Below, piece by piece: positions 1-12,922 of a stretch of 64,000 nt of DNA (position 1 is its first letter; each line of letters starts with the position of its first letter). The DNA is from Lama guanicoe (lineage: Eukaryota). Where the stretch lies: positions 3,499,567-3,563,566 of the forward strand of contig MU053629.1 in NCBI GenBank assembly GCA_013239625.1. Reading direction: 5' to 3'. The notes beneath the pieces were generated by a model. The model did no database searches, was not told where the DNA came from, and saw only the letters and a program-made list of their open reading frames with translations. The translations under genes were made by a program, and so were the position numbers.

Positions 1-1489
1 ACAAAGAACATTAAAACACTCAGAAATTTGCAATGGTAGGAGGATGTTACCAGCCAGATACTTTGTCACTTTGAAAGGGCAAAGTGAAGACTCAGGGGGC
101 AGGGGCCAGCGAGAGCTGGAGCAGTGGAGGAGGGGACCACAGTTGCGGAGGGACACAGCGCTGCCAGCAGCCCCACCCAGGGAATGGAGTCGGGAAGAAA
201 CCCTCCAGCCTCTCTCCCCTCCCGCCCCCTAATCCCCCACAGGACACTGCCATTGGCCAAACCCAACCAGAAGGCAGAAAGCAAAGGGGCCCATGCAAAA
301 GCGAGCTACTCCAGGCATAGAGCAGGGCAGGGAAGGGCAGAGATGCATGTCGGGGGGCACAGGTGGCAATCCAAGAGACACAGAGAGGCAATCAGAGACC
401 CAGTAGGACAGAGGACACCTATCACACACACACCACTTACACACCAAGGGCCAGAACTCTAGGCTTGACACACGACTCCAAGACCGGGGCACCCACTCAC
501 CATCTCACAGCTGTCGTCCGCAGTCTCCTGTCCCCATCGGCACAGCCTTGGTGTGTCCAGGGGGAGCTGCCTGCTCAGGGGAAGCCAAGGTGCCCTCCCT
601 GCCCCAGGACCCAAGGAAAGGGAGACAGTGAAGGCAGGGTTCTTCTAACAGGGTCAAATCCCCAGCCCACAGAGACCTACAGCCAGGCTGGGCCAGCCTC
701 GCATTCTGCCAGGAGCCCAGTAATCAATCAATTACATTTCTTTGCCTCCTCTTGGCACACTGCCCCCAATAACACAGCACTTCCCCCCACCCCCGGCTGT
801 CAGGTCTTTCCCGCTCTACCTACAAATGCAGCATCCCCATGGCAGGGCCCGTCCTCAGAGGCTCGCTGGCAGATGTACTGAAGCAGCTGCCAGATCAGAG
901 TCCCCACTGCCAGCGACTCCCCGCCAGGGACTCCCCTCAGCCCTCAGCACTGAGGATCAGGACTCAAGAAGAGGGCTCAGGCAGGTTACCTCAAACCATG
1001 GAAGGCAGGAGGTGTCCGAAGGAAGAGAGAGCTGCAAGCTCCAGATGGCTGGAGGGAGGGCAGGCCAGGCTCTGTGAGTGGGGTGAGTCCCCTTTGCCCC
1101 TACCGGCTTCTCAGTCTTGCAGATCTGCTTGGGGTTTAAGGTGGAGCTGGAGAGCGCCAAGAAGCTGTTTGGTCATATCGGGGAAAAAGGGTAAGAAGGA
1201 AAAGTGATGGAAGGCAAAGTTTGCAAACCCTGCATAAGAGGAGTATTAGGGAGCAACAGCTAACTCGGACCTGAAATTCAAACTCAAAATTGCTCCCTCA
1301 TCCTCCCCTGCTCTCTCCAACTCCCTCCTTGTGAATAAAATAAATGAAATCAGCCAACTAGACCCTTAAGATCATAGCTCTTTAAAGCTGAATAGAATCT
1401 CAGAGATGAGAACATGTATGGACGAAGAGAATCAGAGACAGGAAGCAATATGTCCAAAGTCACACAGCACTGGGGCCAGAAGTCCTCAA

Positions 1490-1598
1490 GTCTCCAAATA
1501 CTGAGCACCTAGTATGTGCTGGGAACTCTTCTAGATGGTGGAGATACAGCAGTGAACAAAAAGGCAAAATTTCTGCCCCCATGGAGTTAACAATCTAG
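1490..1598. mobile_element. L2 LINE 3'-end fragment
   Basis: ctgagcacctagtatgtgctgg...gatacagcagtgaacaaaa...ctgcccccatggagttaacaatctag matches the L2 terminal consensus. Confidence 0.75.
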
Positions 1599-1600
1599 AG

Positions 1601-2045
1601 CAATGCTGCCCAATAGAACTTTTTGCAATGATGGGAATGCTCTGCATCTTGCTGTCCAATATGGTAGCCACCAGCCACATGTGGCTTTTGAGGGCTTGAA
1701 ATGTGCCTAGTGTGACCAAAGAACTACATTTCTCCTTCATATATTTTGCAGCTCTGTTGTTTGGTGCATAGTATTTAGGACTGCTATATTTTTATGGTGA
1801 ACCGATCCTTTTATCATTATGTAATATCCCTCTCCATCCCTGGTAATTTTCTTTGATCCATGGTGGACTTTGTCTGATCTTAATATAGCCACTCTTGTCT
1901 GATCTTAATATAGCCACTCTTGCTTAATGTTTGCATGCTATATCTTCTTCCATCCAAGAACTGAATTTTAAATCTTATTTATTTTTAATTAATTTTAATT
2001 TAAATAACCACATGCAGCTAGCAGCTACAACTTGGGACCATGCCG
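1601..2045. mobile_element. MER3 (hAT-Charlie) non-autonomous DNA transposon interrupted by an L1 fragment
   Basis: caatagaactttttgcaatgatggg...gtccaatatggtagccaccagccacatgtggc and aataaccacatgcagctagcagctac match MER3. Flanks atctagag/ttttagag resemble an 8-bp hAT TSD. Confidence 0.85.
1728..1955 (-). mobile_element. Antisense L1 ORF2-region fragment nested in MER3
   Basis: ttggtgcata...tttaggact...cttttatcattatgtaat...cctggtaattttctttg is typical antisense L1M sequence, flanked by caaagaact/caagaact. Confidence 0.75.
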
Positions 2046-5000
2046 TTTTAGAGAACTCGGCTCAGTAAGCTCTGTCTCCACCTTGCCAGTAGCTGAGCAG
2101 ACCAGCTCCTCCACCCAGGGAGACATTGCCAGTGATTTGTCCCATGGAACTCTCAGAGGCCCCAAGGTGGTCCCCCAGCCAGGAGAACCATCCCTGCCAT
2201 GTCCACGATGGAGATAATGGCCCTTGACCCACCCTTCCTCCTGAGACTCAGATGCAGTTGGATATATCCAGGGGGCAGAGGAGACTAAGTATGAACTGAC
2301 AGCTTCTGAGGGCAGAAATTTGTCTCTGTCCTTGCTTCAGGCAGGTTCTGCCTCCCAGTAGGAGGTCCCTCCCAGTAGGTCCCTCCCAGTTCTGGTCCTC
2401 ACACTGCAGGGAGCAAGCATTCTTATGTGTTCTGAGGAGGGGCAGGGAGAGCCTTGTGCAGGGGGCCAGGCCTTGTTCTCCTAGGTGGGCCCAGGCCTGA
2501 TGAACAGCAGCTGGAAATGGCACAGCAGAGGGGAAGGGGGCAGGCCTGGTGGGAGCAGAATGGGTGACGTGGTTAACTGAGATGACTTACATGTAAAGCC
2601 GGCCAGTAGAACCCATTGCTGCCAAGGGCTCTTCAGGCAGCGTGACCTCCTCCCTCCTCTCTCCTCCAAACTCCCACCCTCCTCCTCACCGCACTGTGCT
2701 GTGTCTGCTTCCTCACCAGCTCGCCCCCGAGCCCCGCATCTCCGCAAATGAGCTCATGGTGCTGTGGGCATCCTTCCTACATACCCGGCACATGGAGAGG
2801 CTGCCCCTTGCCTCCCATGTAACGCCGCGCCCAAGACCCGGCTCAGAGCTGGAGCAAAACGGACGTGTGTGGAAAGATGATGGGGGTGGGGGTGGGAGGG
2901 TGAGAAGAGAGAAGGAAAAAGAAAAAGACTGCTTCTCTGGGTCACCAATGATCCTGCTCGTCAAGGGTGGAAAAGCAGAAGGGAGGCAGACACACCGGGC
3001 ATTCAGGGAAAGAGTCAAGATGTCTCGTTGACCATTAACCTCCAGTTGGAGCTGCAGTGCCCCACGCCCCCTCTCTCACGCCCTTTGCATTAAGACTAAA
3101 ATGCTAATCCTGAGTCCCAGGCTCAGCGCATCTTGACTTTTTGTCTGCTTGTCTCTTGACACATTCCAGCATCTTTATCTCGCTCGACCATCACTTCGTG
3201 TCCTTGCAGTGGTCTCTTTCCTGAGCTTTAAGGGCAGAGGAGCAAGGAACCCAGGACAGGAAGGAGAGGAAAATGAAAGGGGCACCTGAACCCCTGGAGC
3301 CCCCATAGTGCACCAAGAACACCTCCACTTTAATTTACACATCTTATTTCATTTTCTTACCAAATAAGCTGTCACAATAATACAGGAGCCAATTCCATTC
3401 AGGCAGAGCTGCACGGATCACATCAGAAAATGACTGATGGTCCTGATGTGGAAATGGCATTTAACATCCAGGTAAATAAAGTGTGAAGACAGGCACTCAG
3501 GATAGAGGTTTTGTCGGGACCGGAGTGCACAACTGACCTGGAGTCCCCCCACCAATGAGACTTCAGCACAGGTTCAAGACAAGACGGAAATGGGGAGCAG
3601 GAGGGCCTGTGGGATCAGGGGCCAGCAAAGGCCAGCAGGTTAGGGTGTGTGGGGTCCGGTCAGCATGGGAAGGAGACAATTCTCTAGATGAACTAGGCCA
3701 CCACCCCCACCACCGCCAGGGGAGGGGACAGGGAGGGAGGTCCCCTGAGAGCACCTGAGAATCATTCCACGTTGGAAATTCATGGCAAATTACTCCTGTA
3801 ATTTACTGGTCTGGCTGGAGAGATGCATCTTTGAACTCTAGCAAGAGACTCTGAAAACCACTCTCCACCCTGGCTTTCCAAGTCCTGTCTGAGATGAATT
3901 AAAGGGAATTATGCACATAAAGCCCCCAGATCAATGGGGACACCCACTCTCCTTCAACTGCTTGCAAGCTGATTAGACAGAAAGAGTTCACAGCAGAACA
4001 GGCAACTGGGCTGGAAAAATAAAATAAATTTGAAATGCATAGATTGATAGCTTCTGTCACAAAGTCTCTTCAAAACCACAGTCCGAAAATTGGAATTTCC
4101 ATCGATGCTAAGGCAAAGGTGGTGGCTCAGTGGTGGCTGTTGGCCTGACAGGGTCTTTGGGGAAGGATCCCAGATCCCCCTTAAAATCCACACACTAAAA
4201 ACCCCCCAGTGTAGGGGGACCCATATTCCAGGAGGATGGATTTGGTTCTAAAAGATATCTCATCACTTCAAGAAGGAGACACTGAGGCACAAAACAGGTC
4301 ACTCTCAGACCCCTCACATCTCCCACAGTAACATCGCACCCAGTGCCGGGCACCTAGCTGGTATTAAGCAACAAGATGCTGCCTGTCTCCTCAGGGCCCT
4401 GCTGAGCAAATCTGTCCCAACCTCATCCTTCTCCGGCACAGCTCAGGTCCCAGGCAAGCCATAGAGGGGAGACAGTGGACAGGCAAGTCCTAGAACTCCG
4501 TTCTGCTCAGGCCCTAGATCCATTGTTTAGACTAATCCTTTACATCAGAGCCAACAGGACTCAGAGAGGGGGGAAGACTTGCTTCTGTCCACACAGCCAG
4601 TCTATGGCTGAGCTAACCCTAGAACTTGGGCCTCCTGACTCCACGTTCCCCCAGGAACCCTCCAGAAAGTTAAGGCCGTGAGCATTCCTCCCCAGAAGGA
4701 GGGTCAGCCCCAAGTGAGTAATTCAGATCAGTTCCCAGTCCCTACTCGCCCCAGCTGTCACTCTGCCATTTTGTGGGCCCTTAAAGTCAAAACACTCATC
4801 GTGGCCTCTCGGCATCTCTGGGCACATCTCACCGGCATCCTTCTCAGAAGGAGGCATGAATGCCATCATTTTATTATGAGATTTATTAGGAACCTTTTGA
4901 TTGTTCTCAGCTGGGTTAGCTAGCACAGTTGACAATCACCTATGTGTCCCCAAAATTTAAAAAGGGAAAAAAAAAAAAACCCAGAGTCACCCAGCATTTA

Positions 5001-6279
5001 CATTGATTTGGTTAATCCCCTAGAGGAAACCATAATTAAACAAAAGGAACAAAATGAAAGCTGACAGATGAGTTGCCATTTTAAGACACTCAGTTCAATT
5101 AAGCTAAAAGCCTGCTCTCGGGGCCACAGCGATAGGTCTCCAGCACTGCCAGCATCCAGCTCTCCAAGTCAGGGCCCTCCAGCAAGTGTGAAGGTGCTTT
5201 CCAAGCCGAGGAGGAGGGAATCCCTGGAATCAGCACCTGCACCTCTTTCCCGGTTAGGACCAACGTCTCAGATCCATGACAACAGCCTGTCACCCCTCCC
5301 TGCTGGACGGGGTTCAGTAGGGGTCTTGGGGTCTGAGACCGGTGGCATAGGTTCTGTTTCCCAAGTGTTGAAGTTCTTGTTTTTTATGGTTTCTTTGCCT
5401 GTCTGCTTGCTTTTAAAAGGTGGCCCTTGCTGGGAAGCCAGGACATGCTTTGCCACTGATCAGCCTCAGTTTTCTCATCTCAGGACGGGGATGTCCTTAG
5501 ACGACAGAAACCCAGATGTTAGCTCCCACTCTGCTGATAACGTGCAGCGTAACTTCCTCATTAGCAACGTCATTCTAAGTTGCCTGTTCATCCCACCATA
5601 TTGAAGCTTAGAAGCGCTGGGACAGAAAGAATAGCCTTTTCTACGTACAGTATCAGAACAATGTGATATCCATGGCAAAAAAGTGAACTTTGACCTAAGC
5701 CTTATCCAGATAGATGGATACAGGTAAAAATATGTCTATAGAAAAATATAAAGATACATATTTAACTCAAAATGTGTAGACTTAAATGTAGAATGTAAAA
5801 TCTTTTAGAAGAAAACATAGGGAAAAAAAATCTCCTAGGGCAAAAAGAGTTCTTAGACATGACTCCAAAAGCATAGTCCATAAGAGAAAGAATCAGTAAA
5901 TTAGACCTCCTCAAAATTAAAACATTTTGCTCGGCAAAAGACAGGTTTAAGAGAATGAAAAGACATGTAGACATGTTACAGAGTGGGAGAAAACATTTGC
6001 AAATCATATATCCATCAAAGGACTGGTATCTAAAAAAAATAAAGAACTCTCTAATCTCAACAGGAAGAAGTCAACAATCCAATTGAAAAAAATGGGTAAA
6101 ATACTTGAACTTGAAATACTTCACCAAAAACACTATGCAGATGGCAAATAAGCACATGGAAAGATGTTTAACATCACGAGCCATTAGAGGAATGAAAATT
6201 AAAACTACAGTGAGATCTTCACTCAGAATCTCATATCAGAATTGCTAAGATAAGAATTAGCAATAAATACAAATGCTGG

Positions 6280-6436
6280 CAGGGGAGGGTATAGCTCAGT
6301 GGTAGAGTGCACGAGGTCCTGGGTCCAATCCCCAGTACCTTCATAAAATCAAACAAACAAACCAACCAACCAACCTAATTACCTATCCCCAAAACCAACA
6401 AACCAAAAACAAGTGCAAAAAATTGTAAAAAAAAAA
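6280..6436 (+). mobile_element. Vic-1-type camelid tRNA-derived SINE
   Basis: ggggagggtatagctcagtggtagag...gtcctgggtccaatccccagtacc (Pol III A/B boxes), A-rich tail, TSD aaatgctgg at 6271-6279 and 6437-6445. Confidence 0.9.
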
Positions 6437-6708
6437 AAATGCTGGAAAGGATGTAGAGAAACTGGATCACTCATGCACTGCTGTAGGAATTTAAAAAGGA
6501 AAACAGTGTGACAGTTTCTTAAAAAGCTAAATGTGCAACTGTCACATGACCCAGCAACTGCACTCTTGGCTGCCCACCCCCGAGAAATAAAAACTTCCAT
6601 TCACACAAAAACCTACCCAAGAAAGTTTACAGCAGTTTTATATTTAACGGCCAAAACTTGGAAACTCCCCAGATGTCCTTCGGTGTGTGACTGGCTATCC
6701 GCTCCATG

Positions 6709-7103
6709 GGTACTAGGTTAGGGGCCCCCAAAATTCCTGTTCACCCAGAACCTCAGAATGTGACCTTAATTGAAAATACAGTCTTTACAAATGTAACTAG
6801 TTCAGATGAGAGCACTCTGGATTAAAGGGGGGCCCTAAATCCAATGACTGGTGTCCTTATGAGAAGCCCGTGTGATGAGAAGTAATGTATCTCCAAGCCA
6901 GGAGCCCCATGGTTGCTGACAGCCGGCAGAACCTAGAAGAAGCAAGGAAAGACTCTTCCCCAAGGCCTTCTGAGAGTGCGTGGCCCTGCTGACACCTTGA
7001 TTTCAGACTTCTGGCCTCCAGAACTGTGAGAAAATACATTTCTGTTGTCTTAAGCCACCTAGTTTGCGGTCCTTTCTCACAACAGCCCTTGGAAACCAAT
7101 ACG
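6709..7103 (+). mobile_element. MLT1 (ERVL-MaLR) solo LTR, MLT1B/C-like
   Basis: cccagaacctcagaatgtgacctt...gacaccttgatttcagacttctggcctccagaactgtgagaaaatacatttctgttg; 5-bp TSD ccatg/ccacg. Confidence 0.9.
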
Positions 7104-7644
7104 CCACGGGATACGGACTCAGCGATAAAAGGGAACAGACTGATCCACACAACAGCCTGGATGAATCTCCGGAGCATTATCCAGAGTGAAAAACCCCATC
7201 TCAAAAGGTTACGTGCTGTGTGACTCCACTTGGACGACATTCTCAAAATGACAAAATTAGAGTGATGGAAACCAGATCAGTGGTCACCAGGGGAGCAGAG
7301 AAGGGAGGGCAGGACTATACAAGGACAGCACAAGGGAGCTTTGGGAGTGATTGAACAATTTTCTATCCTGATTGTGGTAGTGGCTCCACAAACCTATAAA
7401 TATGACAAACTTGCAAAGATACACACACACATACATAAAGTGTGTTCTTGCAAAAACTGGTAAAATCCAAATAAGATCTATAGTTTAGTTACCAGAATGG
7501 TGGCAATGGCAATTCCTGGTGTTCACAGTTACACTGTGATTTTGTAAGATGTTACCACTGGGGGAAGCTGGGGGAAGAGTACCCGAGAATGCTCTACTAT
7601 TTTGCCAACTTCTACATGTGCCTAAAATTATTTCAAATTAAAAA

Positions 7645-7792
7645 TTTTGTTTGTTTGCTTGGGGTTTTTTTGGGTGGGGAGGGGGAGAGGTAATTAGGTT
7701 TATTTATTTTTTGAATGGAGGTACTAGGGATCGAACTCAGGATCTCGTGTGTGCTAGGCAGGCACCCTACCACTGAGCTATACCCTCCTCCC
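7645..7792 (-). mobile_element. Vic-1-type SINE (antisense)
   Basis: Reverse-complement head ctaccactgagctataccctcc; TSD tcaaattaaaaa at 7633-7644 and 7793-7804. Confidence 0.9.
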
Positions 7793-7894
7793 TCAAATTA
7801 AAAAGTTTTTAAAAGGAGTGTTGGGAGGATTCAACATATTTTGCAAGTGTAAAGAAAAAGATATTGTTTCTCCTTAAAGTTGACTCCAAACAAG

Positions 7895-8105
7895 CTCTGA
7901 AGGCAGACAAACCCAGGCTAGAGTTTCAGCTTCACCACTTACAAGCTCTGCAGCCGGGGGCAAATCCCTGCACTTCGCTGAGCCTCAAATTCCTCACGTG
8001 TGAATTCTCATACAGGAAGAATGACACGTAACACACATATTACCTAAGAGATGTGGATAAAAGCATCCGAAGCCATGACTAGAACGTGGATGGTGCTGAG
8101 TAAAT
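7895..8105. mobile_element. MIR SINE
   Basis: cagcttcaccacttacaagct...gctgagcctcaaattcctcacgtgtg, the MIR core. Confidence 0.7.
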
Positions 8106-8669
8106 CCGAGTTCCCATCTTTATCCCAACCCACCGCAACTCCGATGTGTCTGCTGGTCCTGCCGTTGTGTTTGATTCCACCCTCCGAGGTCAGACAAGCT
8201 TCTCCTGGGAATTCAGTTCCCACTAAAACACAGGTCTTCCAGATCTCCTCACCTGGCCCGCGGAAGGGCTGGGCTGCACCTGGAGCTCAGAAATCCATGG
8301 AAACAGCACCCCCGCTGGTAGCCCAGGTCAGGCTTTGCAGCGTTCCTCTGCCACTTGGCCCTCAGAGTCAATAGGATGCAGCTAATAACTCTCCCTGCCT
8401 GAAACCCCCAATCCCATCCCTCCCTTTTTTCCCCTCCGTCATCACCCTAGCCACCATTTCAAATGTCTTGCAAAAACAAGAGTTACCCCTTGGATGGTTG
8501 CAAAGTACCGTTTACAAAAGTACTTTTTGCACGTGTTATGCCTCCTTAGAGCCCCAGCAAGACCGCAGTTGGAGGCAGAGCAGGTGTAAGAACCCCAATT
8601 TTCCAGACGGAAAGAGGTACACATCGGGGAGGTGGGTGAGGAATAGGAAGGAGAGAAGGCAACCAGCAC

Positions 8670-8870
8670 GATTAACCACCTACTGGATGCTAGGCGCTAA
8701 ATTTTCTTTCATTTGATTATTACAACAAGATCACGACGTAAGTATTATTAAATCTTCATTTTGCAGATGAGAAACCTCAGTCCAGAAAGGTTAAGTAACC
8801 TATGCAACAACACACAGCCAATAAGGGCAGAAGGGGGATCAGACCTAAGCTTGCCTGACTCCAAAGCAGG
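8670..8870. mobile_element. MIR SINE
   Basis: cattttgcagatgagaaacctcagtccagaaaggttaagtaacc, the MIR core. Confidence 0.75.
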
Positions 8871-8946
8871 GACCAAGCGCAAAGCCCATCATGCTCTCAC
8901 CCGTCCATTCATTCATTTCATTCATTTTTATCAAGAAGCAATTGGA

Positions 8947-9083
8947 GATGGGAGGGTATAGCTCAAGTGGTAGAGTACATGCTTGGCATGCACGAGGTCC
9001 TGAGTTCAAGTCCCAGTACCTCCATTAAAGTAAATAAACAAACACATAAACCTAATTATCTACCCCTCCTTCAAAAAAAAAAA
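8947..9083 (+). mobile_element. Vic-1-type SINE
   Basis: gggagggtatagctcaagtggtagagtacatgcttggcatgcacgaggtcctgagttcaagtcccagtacc; poly(A); TSD aagaagcaa. Confidence 0.9.
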
Positions 9084-10639
9084 AAGAAGCAACCGGAAAT
9101 CCTTTCACTCTGTGGAGATTTCCTGAACTGACCAGACCCATGAGTGCTGTGGCCCCATCATCAGCTGTTCCTCTTCACTCTACATCCCCAAAAGGCTCAA
9201 TCCTTTTACATTGTGTCATGTGTTTCCATACTGGGAATTCACTGGAGCATCCTTTGCCTACCATAGGCAACGACACCACCATCCCTTCCCAGCCTTACCC
9301 TCTATCTCTGTAGAGAGCCAAGGTCTTGGCTGTGTCGAGTGTCAAGGTTGGAATGACCCTAGGAGAGCATTCAAGAAATCCACAGAGAGGAAAGCTTTTG
9401 CCTCCAGTTCCACAGTGACATAGTGGCAAGACCAGGACTAGGCCCCAGGGTCTCCCAGCCCTCTTCACACTGGTCCCAACACAGCATCACTCCGTCACCA
9501 ATGATGGTGACTGTCCTCTTCCCAGCATCTCTCCTGGGGAGAGGGCTGCCTGCGTCAGGGGCTCACAGTGGTTCCAGAGCTCCCTCTTCCCTTCCACACT
9601 CCTACATCCTGCCCAGCTGCAGCTCAATCCTGCTTCTCCCCTGAAAGCTTTCCAGATTATTCTTGCCCACAAGGGTCTCTCCTTAAATCAACCACTGCTG
9701 CTGCTGCTACCTTCCATTCCCCTAGTCCCTCCAGATCGCGTATGACTTCACAACCATCACGAGCCTCAGTTTAACCTTCCCTCCAGTCCCAGATCACCAC
9801 CCTCCCCAATGCACCTGGCACAGCTGAGAGAGCAGAAAGCAAAAAAGCAGGGAGGGAGGTGGAGACAACCCGGAGTGCTCACATTATCAGTTTTATTTAT
9901 GAGAGATCTCTCTTATCTTTCCCAGACTTACAAGATTTGCCATTCCCCCCCCCCCAGAGAATAATCTGGAAGACCCCTTGCCCCATTATAACATTGCCCA
10001 ATAACCTACTCAGAATTAAACTTTGGGGTAAACTTCCACTTTTAAATTGAGACTTGCTCCCCTTGTGACTAATTGAGATGCCAGGATCCAACCACGTCTT
10101 CCACCCCATTAAATAAAGCCACATAAAAGCTGTCCTGCTAACAGCACTTTCCTGATTTCCTCAAGCTGGCCCGCGATAAGTATTCCTAATTGCGCTTGTT
10201 AAAAAGTGGATTTATGAATCCCAATTAGGCTACTTGCACTTACGCAGCAGCCGTTTTCAATACCACCCAACCTTCCTTCTTCCCGGGATGAAATTATTTT
10301 TGCTGGGTGACAGGATAATTACTAAAACATAAAAGGACCCACTTGGTACCACAGCAGCCACTTCAGCAATTCTGTTAGGAGGGCTTAAGGACGAGCAGGG
10401 TTTGGATGGCAAATTGAAAGCCATGTTAAGCTTCCATCATTCCAAACCCTCAACTATGCAGGCGCCTCTGCTGGTGTTTCACCTTGGGTCCAAAATGACC
10501 TTCTAGATACCTAACTCCCACCTGCCTCGCCCTTCCCCCTGCTCGTTATTTCCTAGCTGCTCCCCACCCATACCTGTGCCTCCTCCTCTCAGAGCAAGTT
10601 CTTCCACCTCATCTCTGCTTCCTCCCGTCTCCCTGAAAG

Positions 10640-10855
10640 AGTCAATTCAAATGTCTCCTCCTCCAGGAAGTCTTCCTTCCTTAACCCAGTCTTTCCCATC
10701 TACTGCTGTTTAAGCACTTACCGTATCAGTCTGACTCCTCAATTGTGTTTGTCTCCAGGACTGGGTCTTATTCATCCTGACATCCCCAGTGTCTGACATG
10801 TGGTAGGGGACTCACTCATTCACTCATTCATTCTTTCCTTCAACAAACTTGTTGG
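10640..10855. mobile_element. L2 fragment
   Basis: caaatgtctcctcctccaggaagtcttcc...catccccagtgtctgacatgtggtagg plus a (TTCA)n tail. Confidence 0.65.
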
Positions 10856-11775
10856 AACCCAATTTTAAAATGGGCAAAGGATCTGAATAGACATTGCTCC
10901 ACAGAAGATATACAAATGGCCAACAAGCACATGAAAGATGTTCAACATCATTAATCATTAATCATTCAACATCATTAATCATATGCATTTTGAAATGCAA
11001 ATCAAAATCACAATGAGATATTGCCTCATACCCATCGAGATGGCCACTATCAAAAGAACAGGAAGTATAAGGGTTAATGAGGATGTGGAGAAACTGAACC
11101 TTCATACACTGCTGGTGGGAATGTAAAATGGTACAGTCACTTTGGACAACAGTCTGGCAGTTCCTAAAATGTTAAAAAATAGAGTTACCATATGACCCAG
11201 CAATTCTACTCCTATGTATACACCTAAAAAAGTTAAAACGTGTATCTGTGCAAAGATTTGTACACAAACTTCATAGCAGTATTATTACAGTAACCAAAAA
11301 GTAGAAACAACACAAGCATCCATCAACTGATGAATGGATAAATAAAATGTGGTATATCCATTCAATGGAATATTATTCAGCAATATAAAAGGATGGAGGA
11401 CTAGTTCATGCTACAACATGGATGAACCTTGAAAACATTATGCTAAGTGAAAGAACCCAATCACAAAAGATCACATACTATATGATTCCACTTATAGGAA
11501 ATATCCAGAACAGGCAAATCCATAGACAAAAAGTAGATTAGTTGTTGCCAGGGGCTGGGGGGAAGGAGAATGGGGAGTGACTATGAACATATATGGAGTT
11601 TTTTGGGGGTAACTGTAGTGATCATACCACAAATCGATTGTGATGAGGGCTGTGCAACTCTGTGAATGTATTAAATAAAACTGAATTCTAATAATATACT
11701 AAAAACTATTGAATTGCATACTTGCAATGATAAATATATCATATGTAGATTATTTCTCAATAAAACTGTTACCAA
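10856..11775 (+). mobile_element. L1MB/ME-type 3' segment
   Basis: aaatgggcaaaggatctgaatagac...atgacccagcaattctactcct...acatggatgaaccttgaaaacattatgctaagtgaaag...tctcaataaaactgtt. Confidence 0.9.
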
Positions 11776-12198
11776 ATTTGCAGCAACATGGATGGGCTTA
11801 GAGATTGTCATACTAAGAGAATTAAGCCAAAAAGAGAAAGACACATATATGATATCACTTATATGTGGAAACTAAAAAAATGGCACAAGTGAGCTTCTTT
11901 ACAAAACAGAAACAGACTCAAAGGCATTGGAAACAATCTAGGGGGGAAGGGGTGGGGGAGGGATAAATTAGGAGCATGCGATTTGCAGATACAAACTACT
12001 GTGTATAAAATAAACAACTATGTCCCACTGTACAGCACAGGGAACTATATTCAATATCTTGTAATAACCTATAATCATAAAGAATATGAAAAAGAATATG
12101 TATATATGTGTAACTGAATCTCTGTGCTGTACACCAGAAACTAACACAACGTTGTAAATCAACAAGACTTCAATAAGAACAACAAGAAAAAAAAGAAA
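11776..12198 (+). mobile_element. Younger (artiodactyl/camelid) L1 3' end with A-rich tail
   Basis: atttgcagcaacatggatg...tacagcacagggaactatattcaatatcttgtaataacc...tgctgtacaccagaaactaacacaac. Confidence 0.85.
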
Positions 12199-12417
12199 GG
12201 CAACTAAAACCAGCTCTGTCCCCAGGAAGGCGATGGCCGCGGGAGGAGCCCAGCAGGCAACGTGGCTTAAGTAGCCCAGTGAGGAGGTGGGAGGCCAGTG
12301 CTCAGGGGCGACACCACTCTGCACCCCACCAGCCTCCTCGACCATGTTTGGATCATTAAAATGCTTCCCTAATGACCGCCCTTTAGAAGTAGGCTGGATT
12401 CATCTGGTCATATCTGG

Positions 12418-12922
12418 TACACACACACTTACACACACGTTCACACACGGTCCCACACATTTGAGCACACTCACTCCCATAAACAGCTCACATAACACAG
12501 TCACAGACACGCATGTACACATGTGCATGCACATGCATTTGCCCAAGACACTACCCTATATGCACTCACACTCACACAGGCATATGTTTGCAAAACACAC
12601 TCACACATGGCCACGCACACTGAAGTACACACGCATGGACACACACACTGAAGTACACACTCATGCACAGAGAGGTTGCATATACATACAGTCAGACACA
12701 CACGCACCCACACACGCACACGCTCAGGCACATGCAAACATGCTCACATCACACGTCCACTCACACCACACATCCACGCATATTCACACCTGTAGCCTTC
12801 CTCAGACTCACATAAACACACATGCATAGACTTACCCACTCACACAGGCACACGATCACACACGCATGTTCACCCACACTTACACATTCACACGCTGTCA
12901 CACATACACACTCAAACACTTA
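12418..12922. repeat. Degenerate (CA)n-rich low-complexity tract
   Basis: About 500 bp dominated by interrupted CACA motifs. Confidence 0.9.

Larger units (their letters stand above)
5670..7645 (+). mobile_element. Old L1M (L1MC/ME-like) ORF2 end plus 3' UTR, interrupted by a SINE and an MLT1
   Basis: Classic L1 3' motifs: gagaaaacatttgcaaatcatatatc, cagatggcaaataagcacatg, gacccagcaactgcactcttgg, atgttaccactgggggaagctggg. Confidence 0.85.

Noticed and set aside
5670..6700. L1 ORF2 coding potential
   Set aside because: Truncated, full of stops and interrupted by later insertions, so non-functional.
10941..10982. Tandem duplication of ttcaacatcattaatcat
   Set aside because: Simple slippage inside a dead L1.
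12287..12829. 180-aa His/Thr-rich ORF
   Set aside because: Translation of the degenerate (CA)n tract.
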